The notes under the pieces: model-generated | The model's input: only the letters and a program-made list of their open reading frames with translations | Databases searched by the model: none | Told to the model about the DNA's origin: nothing | Made by a program: the position numbers and the translations under genes | Shown here: positions 35,701 through 45,300 of the stretch, in pieces | How positions within the stretch are numbered: position 1 is the stretch's first letter | Layout: each line of letters opens with the position of its first letter | Assembly: GCF_021028975.2 (NCBI RefSeq) | Contig: NC_059437.1 | Location: forward strand, 37,448,001 to 37,512,000 | Direction: 5' to 3' | Origin: Sphaerodactylus townsendi | Taxonomy: Eukaryota | DNA length: 64,000 nt

Positions 35701-38700
35701 GCAGAGCAAAAGAGTGCCTGTTTCTAAGGAAGTTCAGTTTAGTTCCTGTGTACTTGGGCTTTGAAAGAGAATATGAACATTGGAATGGAACTGTGGACAG
35801 AAAGGCTTTACGTATGGCGTCTACCCAGTTGACTTCTTCCCTTTCAGCACCCAACAGATGTGGATTACAGGGTGATGGCCACCTTCACCGAGTTCTATGC
35901 CACTCTCCTCGGCTTTGTCAACTTTCGCCTGTACCAGTCTCTCAACCTGCACTACCCACCAAAGGTGAGTCTACTCCTATGAACGGCACAGAAACACAGC
36001 TTATTTCGAAGGGAAGTGGTTGCAGGGGCTAAAGGATTGTGGCACCGTTCACCAGAAATGACAGAGGGATGGAATGGTAAACCTTTTCCATGTCAACCCT
36101 CTAGCGCAGCTGCAGAAAAGAGAAGAATTCCATGGAGGAATCATAGAGTTGGGAGGAGGTAAACAGGGCATCTAATTCAACCCCCTGCACAATGCAGGAT
36201 CAGCCCTAAAGCACCCCTGACAAGTGTTTAACCAGTGTCTCAATGAGAGGATTACACCACCTTCCTAGGCAGCCGGTTCCACTGCTGATCAACTTTTGCA
36301 GTAATTCCCGCCCCCCTAATATCCAGCCAGTACATTTCTGCCTGTAATATAAATCCTTTGTTGTCAGTCCTATCCTCTGCTGCCAGCTGGAACAGCTCTG
36401 TGCCCTCTTCAAGGGAGGAGTTATAGAAGAAACTGGATCTCAAGAAAGAGTGGTTCCTCCAAACCCAGAGGCTTGTGTGTTCAAAGTCCTAGGTTTCATC
36501 TCCAGTTGAAGAATTTCTAGCTGCAGCCATTTGCTTTCAAAGACCCAGGAAAGCCACTGTGCATTTACTTGGAAGTAAGGCCTACTTTGCATACATAGGC
36601 CGCAGCCTTAGCTAGATTGATTAGTAGGTTTTACTTCCAAGTATGACAGCGTCAGCTTCTGAAGAGTTAAAGGAAGCTCAGCTGTAAGAGAATGATGGGA
36701 GCTGCAATAGGAAGTAAGAGACAGGGTAGCCCAGAAGACCTGTTAAGCTCCCTTAATGTGGGGGGCTATGTATAAAGTTGCTGTAAAGTTCATTCTGAGT
36801 CTCTCTGCTTTCGCTGTGGGAGTCAGCCTCTAGCATCAAATAAAGGATTGTGGTGTGGCTGGGCAGGCCTTCATGCCAGAATCCTGCATTCATTTGGTGG
36901 GAAGGTTTTTTGCAGGATGTAGTGTGCCAAGGGGAAGGTTATACCAGTGGAAATGTCTCCCAGAGGGATCTCCATGGATTGTGTTGGTGGCAGGCTTGAG
37001 TGTTCACTTATTACATTAATGATGAGGGAGGAACCCCATCCATTCATCTGTCTGCCTTTTAGATGGAAGGCCAAGCTGCAGTTGAGCTAAAGCCAGAGGA
37101 AGGGGAGCCATACGCCTTGGACTCTGAAAGCTACATGGAGGTGAGAGGACCAGTTCTTTTGGGATACCTGTTGGAATTTGGCTAAGTGGTTTCTGTCACT
37201 GTCATGTTACCTCAAGTTCTGCCCCATAAATGGCCCCACCAACTTGTTCAATGCCAAGGGCATTGGTGTAACAAACATCTCTTGCTTCCACTTCACCTGC
37301 ATGCTCTGGTTACTAAGATTTCTGTGGCTGCTTTGTCTCCTTTAGAAACTCTCAGCTCTCAGTGGCAGTCTGGCCCGAGTGGTTGCTCCAAACCCAGAGG
37401 ATGAGACAGAAGTGGATGAGTTCCCCGTGGAGGGTGTAAGTACACCTGGGAGGGAAGATGATAATATCGTTTCCTTGAACCTGCAATGAAAGGTCTCCTT
37501 GTGGGTGGTTTGGAGGAGAGGACCTTTCAAGGGGAGGAAGGAGGTGGGGAGTGGTTTGAGTCACTGTTCTATTTGGTTATGGAGGGATTGAGATGGCAAG
37601 AAGCAATCTCTGACTGGGATGGTAGTTTTTGTGTGGAATGGGGTTCTCACGAACATGTGGCCCAGAGGACTAAAAGAGTCTCTTTGCTTAGGAGAGCACA
37701 GAGCAAGAGGAGGCTCGGCAAAAGGAACAGGAGGCCCTGGAGAAGCAGAAGAACCTCTTTGAGGGGTTGCGTTTCTTTCTGAACAGGGAGGTGCCCCGGG
37801 AGCCGCTCGCTTTTGTGATCCGGTATGTTATCCGTTTTTTTTTTGTGTTATGCTGCCTGCTCTAGAAGGTACAAGGATCTTCTAGAATCTAGAATGTGAT
37901 AAAGCAGTTAGCAAACTTAATTTGAACCTTGACTAGGCCTTGAGCTAGTCACAGTTCCCTCAGAATTCTCTCAGCCCCACCTACCTCACAAGGTGTCTGT
38001 TGTGAGGAGAGGAAGGGAAGGAGTTTACAAGCCACTTTGAGGCTCCTTACAGTTTGAGTAAAGCAGTATATAAATCCAAGCTCCTCTTCTTCTTTTAAAG
38101 CCCAGGGGTCTTGACCTGCTCTAAGCTGTGATCTCATGCAGACTTTGAGAAAGCCATTAAATTTAAGTCTGCATGTTTATATTTCGAGACCTGTAACAGC
38201 AAACAAGAAAAAAATTTCCTAACTGCTCATGGAAAAATGTTTGGCTTGTATTACATTTCTCTTCCCTGATGGAGAAAGGCAGGAAATTCCCCTGAATAAT
38301 AAGGAAGAACATGGAGATGTCCCTAGATAACATCTTGTTCTATATGCAAGTTGTATATTTTTGGCTGGTGTAGAACTTAAGAGACATTACTTATAATAGT
38401 TACATTAGAAATCCCTAACCTTTTAGAGCCTGTGGGCACATTTGGAATTCTGAGGCATCATGACAGGGGCAGCAACAAAATGGTTGCTGCAGGGGCCATC
38501 AAGTCCAACCCCTTGCTACGCAGGAACACACAATCAAAGTACTCCTGACAGATGGCCCCTAGCCTCTGTTTAAAAACCTCCAAAGAAGGAGGGTTTTAAA
38601 CAGTTGGGTTTCTTGTTTTCCATGTGTAGGAGTTAGGGTGTTACACTGTGTTGCAGACAGACTTGCTAACATCTCTGACTGTTGAACGTAGGGGTAGAAT

Positions 38701-41395
38701 ACGTCAGAAAGAAACATCCAGAGCAAAAGCTGAGTGACCAGTCATGCTGTAGTCTGTACCAGGTTATTTCATCACTGGAGTCATGACTGGACTGGTGACT
38801 TCATGACTGGAGACTTCATGACTGAGTGGCATGAGCCCAAGCTTGCTGCCCTTTTGCATCTCTTTAACATTCTAGTTCGCATTGGACACCAAAGTCTGAT
38901 GCCTACCTCTAGTTGACTGAAGAAGGGTGTCTTTCTTTTGGCAGGTGCTTTGGAGGCAAAGTATCATGGGACAAGTCTGTTTCCATTGGTGCAACATACA
39001 ATGTGGCAGACCCAGCCATCACTCACCAAATAGTTGACCGGCCTAACATTGAGAAAAAGGTCATTGGCAGGTGGGTGCTACTCAAGGGAGATATCAAGAG
39101 ATGATAAAGGAATATCAAGACATGGTAACGGAATGCTATAATTTGAGAATTGCTGCCTATTCTGGATATCACCCTGAAGGCCCTGATTGCTATGACTCCA
39201 CTGGAGGACCATGGGTCATGGAAATCTGTGAGAACTGTTTAATTGGGTGATCTTTGAGTTGGAAGTCAATGAGCACATCCTCCTGGTCTTTAACTGAGAG
39301 CAGGGAGAAGGTTACAACTTTATTAGAACCAGCGTAGTGTAGTGGTTAAGAGAAGGTGCACTTTAATCTGGAGAACCAGGTTTGATACCCCACTCTGCCA
39401 CTTGAGCTGTGGAGGTGTATCTGGGGAACCAGATTAGCTTGTACACTCTAATACATGCCAGCTGGATGTCCCTGGGCTAGTCACAGTTCTTTGGAGCTCT
39501 CTCAGCCCCACCCACCTCACAGGGTGTTTGTTGTGGGGAGTGGTGGGAAAGGAGATTTTAAGTCCTTTTGAGTCTCCTTACCGGAGAGAAAAGGGGGATA
39601 TAAATCCAAACTCTTCTTCTCCTTGTTGGAAGCATCCTATATAAGCATATCCAGTTAAATGTCTTTTCTGTGTCTGTCCATTCTGGCTCTCATTAGACAA
39701 TTTCCCATCCTCCCCAGGTATTATATCCAGCCACAGTGGGTCTTTGACTCAGTCAATGCCAGGCTGTGCCTTCCAGTGGCAGACTATTTTGTTGGTGTGC
39801 TGCTTCCTCCACACCTCTCGCCATTTGTTGCTGAAAAAGATGGGGACTACATACCTCCAGAGAAGATGAAACTGCTCGCCCTGCAGAGAGGCGAGGACCC
39901 AGGTATCCTCTGTGCCTTAATGTTCTTATCAAGTCTTGAAATAATCAGTGGAATTTTACATTATTATATTATTGCCAGTTAGAGGGTGAATGTGGTGTTC
40001 CTGAATGGTAACACAGCTTGGTACTTTGCTGTAGGAGAAGAAAGTGAGGAGGAGGAGGAGGAAGATGAAGGTGCAGATGCAACAGAAAGCTCTGAAGGGG
40101 AACAGGACTCTGATAAAGAAGATGAGGAACGACTGAAGAAGTTGGAAGGCGAGAGGTCTCAGAGCAAGGTACTACACTTCAATTCAAGATTTTAGCTGGC
40201 TGTTTCAAACCAATATATTAGCTTCAGCTTTCTGCAGCTGCTGTTCATTGGCACCTCTCCTGCTTGCCCATTTTCTTCCAGTGTGCTTTCATGTCTGATT
40301 CCTTTCTCTTGCTTACTGTTTCTCTGGCTTCTCTGGAGCACTCCCATCTCTTTATCTTGCTTTTGTTTCTTGGTTCTCCTCTTCTTCCTTGGTGCCTATG
40401 TGTTCGTTCGTGCGTGCGTGCGTGCGTTCGTTCGTTCTTTCTTTCTTTGTTTCTGAGGCTCTGGAGAAGAGCCTCTTCTCCAGGATCAGAGCAGTTTGGC
40501 CAGTGGTCAGTAGAGATCCTTGTGCCTGCTGTGTCTTTAGTACAGAGCAATCATTTGCCAAGAAAGCATTCCTTGCAGTATCCCTAAGTGCATTAAAAAC
40601 ATACATTACAAAATGTAATTCAAAGCAAATTATTATTTTGCCCATTTGTTGAAACAGATTATGAGGTTGCCTTTAACGTGCAAAGTGCTTTATCTGCCAC
40701 TGCTAAATTTTCTTTGGATTATCCTTACAACAGGGCAAGGTAGGCTTGGCGGATACTTTATGGGCTTCACCACCTGAAAATGTTTAGGCTTTCTCTTGTC
40801 TTCGAAATGGAGCCAGCTCTTTTTTTTTTTTGTTCTGCTCCTGCCTAATTTTTTGAATTCACGGCCTTGTTCTTTCTCAGAATCTCCCAGTCAAAGTGAC
40901 ACCCGGCAAAGCCATTAAAGAAGACAAGCAGCGGTTGGCGCAAGAGCAGCAGAGTGAAGAGAAACGCTTGGCCATTATGATGATGAAGAAACGTGAGAAA
41001 TACCTCTACCAGAAGATCATGTTTGGGAAGAAGCGAAAGATCCGAGAGGTACAGTTCCTTGCTGTTCTAGGCTTGGGATCTTCCCTGCTAATCATAGAAA
41101 TGTCAAACTTTCCCTCACATAATTACTGGCAAGTTCTGCATTGGGTAACATGCAGCTGCCATCTGAGCCAGGCACTGCCAAAACTAGACTCCACACAACC
41201 TTACTGACAGGGAACGACCTGTTAGGATGGCTGTACAACCAAGAGTATGTTCTGAACTATGTGTCCACAGATATATTTTAAGCAACATGATACATTTTTC
41301 TCTTGCAGGCTAACAAGTTGGCAGAGAAACGCAAAGCTCATGATGCAGCATCAAAATTAGAGAAAAAGAAAAACAAGAAGGCAAGACGCGAGTAA
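26713..41395 (+). CDS. PES1: Pescadillo homolog (PeBoW complex, BRCT domain), 15 exons, 581 aa
   Basis: Exons 26713-26736, 28415-28494, 29226-29379, 30447-30556, 31155-31326, 31516-31605, 35848-35964, 37063-37140, 37346-37435, 37692-37822, 38945-39070, 39718-39902, 40035-40168, 40881-41048, 41309-41395. All GT-AG, 1746 nt in frame. [34 protein letters not shown]... is near-identical to human PES1. Confidence 0.98.
28415..28494 (+). CDS. PES1: PES1 exon 2
   Basis: [31 protein letters not shown] flanks. Confidence 0.96.
28935..29100 (-). mobile_element. L2 LINE fragment
   Basis: Reverse complement encodes [22 protein letters not shown]. Confidence 0.75.
29226..29379 (+). CDS. PES1: PES1 exon 3
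   Basis: [22 protein letters not shown]...KFREYK. Confidence 0.96.
29505..29675 (-). mobile_element. Sauria SINE fragment
   Basis: gctgggtacttattttac..accttggaaagatggaaggctgagtcaaccttgagc...actcaggttgtgagcagag is the characteristic Sauria SINE body. Confidence 0.8.
29991..30342 (-). mobile_element. Solo LTR (352 bp)
   Basis: Perfect 7-bp inverted termini TGTCAGA/TCTGACA, 5-bp TSD TGGAG (29986-29990, 30343-30347), AATAAA on the minus strand at 30041-30046. Confidence 0.85.
30447..30556 (+). CDS. PES1: PES1 exon 4
   Basis: [37 protein letters not shown]. Confidence 0.96.
31155..31326 (+). CDS. PES1: PES1 exon 5
   Basis: [21 protein letters not shown]...ARALRK. Confidence 0.96.
31516..31605 (+). 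CDS. PES1: PES1 exon 6
   Basis: [30 protein letters not shown]. Confidence 0.96.
32150..32375 (+). mobile_element. CR1 RT-domain fragment
   Basis: WISN.LT...[30 protein letters not shown]. Confidence 0.8.
32982..33264. mobile_element. Palindromic Penelope-like (PLE) element remnant
   Basis: ~100-bp inverted arms containing ctgaagatgccagcca.agat...gaaac..tag.aacaagatccaccagacca.ggccacacagcccggaaa. Flanked by the near-direct repeat gatta(c/t)ggagac. Confidence 0.8.
33171..33211 (+). ncRNA. Minimal type-I hammerhead ribozyme motif (PLE-borne)
   Basis: CCU-CUGAAGA-U-GCCAGC(cauagau)GCUGGU-GAAAC-GUU-AGG: both catalytic boxes, stem II, palindromic ACGU stem III, CCU/AGG stem I. Confidence 0.65.
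35107..35312 (+). mobile_element. tRNA-derived SINE (older subfamily)
   Basis: gagagccaatgtggttaaag...ggttcgaatcccc B-box...cttgggcagtcac..ctcagcctaacctac. Confidence 0.75.
35492..35616. mobile_element. hAT-Charlie-like MITE
   Basis: Imperfect TIRs cagtgatttccaacc / tgttgggaaccaccg. Confidence 0.55.
35848..35964 (+). CDS. PES1: PES1 exon 7
   Basis: [17 protein letters not shown]...LNLHYPPK. Confidence 0.96.
36138..36412 (-). mobile_element. CR1 3' fragment
   Basis: [20 protein letters not shown]....LDIR....[11 protein letters not shown], with a gaatcataga tail. Confidence 0.8.
37063..37140 (+). CDS. PES1: PES1 exon 8
   Basis: [26 protein letters not shown]. Confidence 0.94.
37346..37435 (+). 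CDS. PES1: PES1 exon 9
   Basis: [30 protein letters not shown]. Confidence 0.94.
37692..37822 (+). CDS. PES1: PES1 exon 10
   Basis: ESTEQEE...[23 protein letters not shown] (BRCT start). Confidence 0.95.
37943..38095 (+). mobile_element. 5'-truncated Squam3-like SINE
   Basis: gctagtcacagttc...ctctcagccccacctacctcacaaggtgtctgttgtg...taaatccaagctc(ctt)n. Confidence 0.8.
38945..39070 (+). CDS. PES1: PES1 exon 11
   Basis: [18 protein letters not shown]...ITHQIVDRP. Confidence 0.96.
39325..39621 (+). mobile_element. Squam3-like SINE, full length
   Basis: ccagcgtagtgtagtggttaagag head, matching core and tail. Confidence 0.85.
39718..39902 (+). CDS. PES1: PES1 exon 12
   Basis: [20 protein letters not shown]...LPPHLSPFV...LQRGEDP. 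Confidence 0.96.
40035..40168 (+). CDS. PES1: PES1 exon 13 (acidic region)
   Basis: [13 protein letters not shown]...[15 protein letters not shown]. Confidence 0.93.
40401..40450. repeat. Compound tetranucleotide microsatellite (TTCG/TGCG/TTCT)
   Basis: gttcgttcgtgcgtgcgtgcgtgcgttcgttcgttctttctttcttt. Confidence 0.9.
40881..41048 (+). CDS. PES1: PES1 exon 14
   Basis: [41 protein letters not shown]. Confidence 0.96.
41309..41395 (+). CDS. PES1: PES1 exon 15 ([12 protein letters not shown]...KKARRE*)
   Basis: Acceptor cttgcag|GCT. TAA at 41393-41395. Confidence 0.95.
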   Translation, partial: ANKLAEKRKAHDAASKLEKKKNKKARRE

Positions 41396-41924
41396 CTTAG
41401 GCCCTTCCTCTCAGCCAAGTCTTCATCTGATGCAGGCCTTAAACATGGGTGCTGTGGGCCCAGAGATGGCCCTCTCATTTTGTGGAGGGAAACCTGGGAA
41501 TCCTCTGGTCTACTGATCTCCCTTCAATATGATTCTTCAAGGTGAAGGCTTGGTGTAACATCTGCTTTATTTAAACTTTGTCTGAACTCTCATCAATGTT
41601 TTTCAGCATCCCCTTAGGCAAAGGCTGCTGCAAGTTAACCAATCAAAGCAGATGTGTTGCTCTTTCAGAAAAGTGGTGCCTTTCTCATGCCAATAGTAGC
41701 ATGGGGCAATTGAGAGTGGATGGGGCTTTTTCCCCCCCTGAAAGAAGGGAGATAGACCCTCATGCACTACTTTTGAGAAGGATTCTCCTTCCTAATGGTT
41801 TTTGCTACAGAAAATCAGAAGAGGGCATTCCTTATTTTTCAGTGTCACTGTCTTACAGGGAGTATGTGAGAAGAATGTTGTGGTCAGCAAATAGAATACT
41901 TTGGAACTGTTCCTGTGTTTTGTA

Positions 41925-41930
41925 AATAAA
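41925..41930 (+). terminator. PES1 polyadenylation signal AATAAA
   Basis: First AATAAA seen after the stop (~530 nt), followed by GT-rich ctgtgtgt. Confidence 0.7.
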
Positions 41931-42059
41931 CCCATTTAAGACCAATACACTGGCCTGATTGGATTGCTGTGTGTAGGAAAAAACAACAACATGGTATCAC
42001 AGCAGTGTTGGAATTCCCAGATTGACTCTGGAACTGCCTTTTAGAAGTTATCCAAAGTT

Positions 42060-42325
42060 TAGAGAGTTGTGGGTTTTCCGAGCTACTGTGGTCTGGCAGT
42101 TTTTGGTCTTAACCTTTTGCCCGCCTCTATGGCTGATATCCTCAGAGGCACATCATGCTAAGATGTGTGTCTCTCGTGGCATATATCTTACTGTGACATG
42201 CCTCTGAGGATACCAGCCGTAGAGGTGGGTGAAAGGTTAAGTACAAAAACTGCCAGACCATGGACACACAGCCCAGAAACCCCACAATACCCAGTTGATT
42301 CCGGCCATAAAAGCCTTCAACAATA
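42060..42325. mobile_element. Older palindromic Penelope-like remnant
   Basis: Same architecture as 32982-33264, ending ccagttgattccggccataaaagccttcaacaatac. Confidence 0.75.
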
Positions 42326-45300
42326 CGCTATAATAACCCATTCTCTCCTTGGATTACAACTAAACTGAACTCTGATGCCACTGAGCCAATAAGTGGTACA
42401 GAAGAAAGCTCTTTTCTCGCTAGCCCTTTCTGCTATAGAAAGGCCAACTTTCTTGCCCCAGCTCTGTTGGTAGGAGGTCAGCGGCTACTAGGATCTGTTT
42501 TGAGTGGTTTACCTACATATATGCCCCTGATTATAATTCAGCAGGAGACTGATAGATGCATTGAAGTGGAAGAACAGAGTTGGACAGATAAGAAACATGT
42601 TTTTCAAAGCTGTAGCACTCTGAAATGAAGACAGAAAGCAAAGCCTTCAAAGCATGTTCTTTCAAGGAATCAGATGGTGGAGGTATGGCAAGAGCAGCAG
42701 AGTCAAAGATGCCACCACTTCCTTCTTCTTGATCCACTGCTCAAGTGCTGATGTTATCACTATTCCAGGTTCCATGTAAGCCAACCTGAAGCTTCTAAAA
42801 CCACTTAAATGCTGTCCTACCTAACACATTTCTGCTAATGGTGGTACCTACAGGCTTGCTGCACTTGATGGGCAAGTATTCTGATGCCAGATGTTCGGTA
42901 CCTCTGTGGTCGAGTTACTTGTCTTCAAAAGTGCCCTTTTTGTGTTGAGTAGGGTAGTAGAGAAGTTGGCCTGCTCAAGCACATATCTTACAGCGATTTC
43001 CAACGGTTACCATCTCCCATCACCACTTCAATGTCAAACTTTCCTCTTCCAATGTATAACTGTACCCCTGAGAGTGAAAGCAACTGCTAAGGAGGAAAAG
43101 TTGCATCTGAAAAGTTAAAAAGATGAAGACTTGTAGGAAATGCTCTACATGGTGGCATTTGACTTAGCCCTAATGAAAGTTGGGGTTTTAAGGGCCAGCC
43201 TAGCTAGCTCCAAATTCAGGGTAAGTTATAGGTTCAGTTCATGAGTAACTTTCAATATTATGCCTTTTACATGAAAAATTTATGGACATCATTATATTCC
43301 CACTTCTAAAGAGAGATGTTTGGTAGAACCTTTTTTACACATTTTTAAAAAGCCTATATTAACTTTGCCTCAGTATTGAGAGCCTACACACATGCAAAGC
43401 TTTATGGCCCTAATAGAGAAACAGAACCACATTCCTGGGGTCTACTGTGGTTTCCTGCACTACTTTGATGTGTAAATGGGCATGATCTAGCCAGAACTTA
43501 GCACCACATTCACTGGATTTCACATTCCCTGGGTGGTGACATTTGACCTTGGAGCACATTATACACTGATGGATTGTGTTTTCTTACTGGTGGTTCAATG
43601 CAGTTGCTTTATGCCTTCATAGAAATGTAATATTTTTGTTTAATAAATCTTGAAGAGTTCCCAAAATATGCAGCAACTGTACTGATAAAAAAGAGAAAAT
43701 GGTAATTGTGTTAATCTGATTTATATTCACATTCTTGGAGGTACTGGTGTGAACCACAATACTATCTCTGCCTAAAATTCAAGTCCATGGAAGAGAAATA
43801 AGTATAGAAGTCAGGAACTAATAATTTAAAATAATTTAACAAGGATTGGTTATCCCTTGATGTTATTTATCCACCCTTCCATTATCCTTAATTTTTAAAT
43901 GTATTTATTTCCATTTTATCCTCCCAACAGAGTTTTAAAGTAGGTGAAGATGCAAGTGTGTCAAGCTCCAGGTAGGGTCTGGAGAGGTCCTGGAATTACC
44001 GCAGATCTCCAGTCTACAGAGATCAGCTCCCATAGAGAGAATGACTGTTCCATTCCAAAATTCCACCCTCCTCAAGACCCCATCCCAAATATCCAGGAAT
44101 TTCGCAGCCTGGAGTTGGCAACCTTAGACTGACCCAAGGTCAATTTGCAAGTTTTCATTATGGCAGAGCGGGTCTTCTGGATCGTTGTCTAGTTAACTGT
44201 TACACTGCACAATTAAAGTATGGGAACTGATCATTTCCCCCACTCTTTCAGTGCATATTTAGAGGTTACAGGGAGAGTTTACTGTTTGTAACTTGTGTGG
44301 GGAGGAAATCCCATTTCTCACCCTCACTGTTGAGCTGGGGCAACTGCAGATTACTCATTTATCTTGGAGCCTGGACATGGCAGCTCCAGCACCTGGGTGC
44401 TGCTGCAAGCCCGTAGCATCTGCTGGAGTCTGCCACTGCAGTTGGGTCCAGGGCAGATCCCATCATATGCCACAGCTCAGCCTGGAGCTGCTCCAAGTGT
44501 CTGCCGCAGCGGGGCCAGAACCACTAAGTGTCTTCCACCGTGGCCAGCCCAAAAGTGGATCAGGGCAGTAGCCAAGGGTTAGTGCATTGTCTGCACATCT
44601 GCAGACACTTTATTTAAAAATTAGGAAAAATTTACCCCCTTATTTAAAAAAAACTTTAAAGATTTTTCTGCAAGCCTAGAGAGTACCTCAAAGCAAGCAC
44701 ACTAACAAATCTATTATCTTCACAGGGTGTATGGTCCAGGGCTGGAGATGGGAACACTCTTTAGAGCAGGGGTATTGTGTTCACTTAATCTCTTCGGGCA
44801 GGGTATCAGAAATGCATTATGTGAGGCTGATTTGGAGAGGGCAATTCCAGACAAATTTTTACTTACTGTGTGTCCTTGTGGGTTTACTGAGTCAGTACAG
44901 AGAATGAGCTCCCCAGTTTAGCACTGCACTGTTAGGCATCCCAAGGAGTTGGCCAGATGGGTAGAGGCATTACTGTAAAACAACCCACCCCCCACCATGG
45001 GTCAGTCTGGCAACCTCATAGGGGAGAAAGGTGAAGAATATATTAAATAAATTACTGATTTCTGGAAACATCGTCAGTTGCCACAGAACATTTTACCAAA
45101 GATGCTAATGAAACAAATGTAAAAACGTGCTAGATTTTTAAAAAAAAAAATAAAAAAAAATTATTCGCTGAAATATTCCAAAGTAGTATTATATCTCTTT
45201 CTGGGTACTGCATAGTCTTTATCATATATGATGGTAACTCTTTGTCTCTCGAAGAAGGCGTGTGTTTATAAATAAATTCCTTTAAAAAAACTTGTCTCAT

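Noticed and set aside
26737-41308. Intronic snoRNAs in PES1
   Set aside because: Ribosome-biogenesis genes often host them, but I found no convincing C/D box pair with terminal stem by eye. An Infernal or snoscan run is needed to exclude them, especially H/ACA types.
44378-44571. Cys-rich 64-codon ORF (MAAPAPGCCCKP...)
   Set aside because: No homology recognised and no splice context. It may be a GC-rich regulatory stretch.
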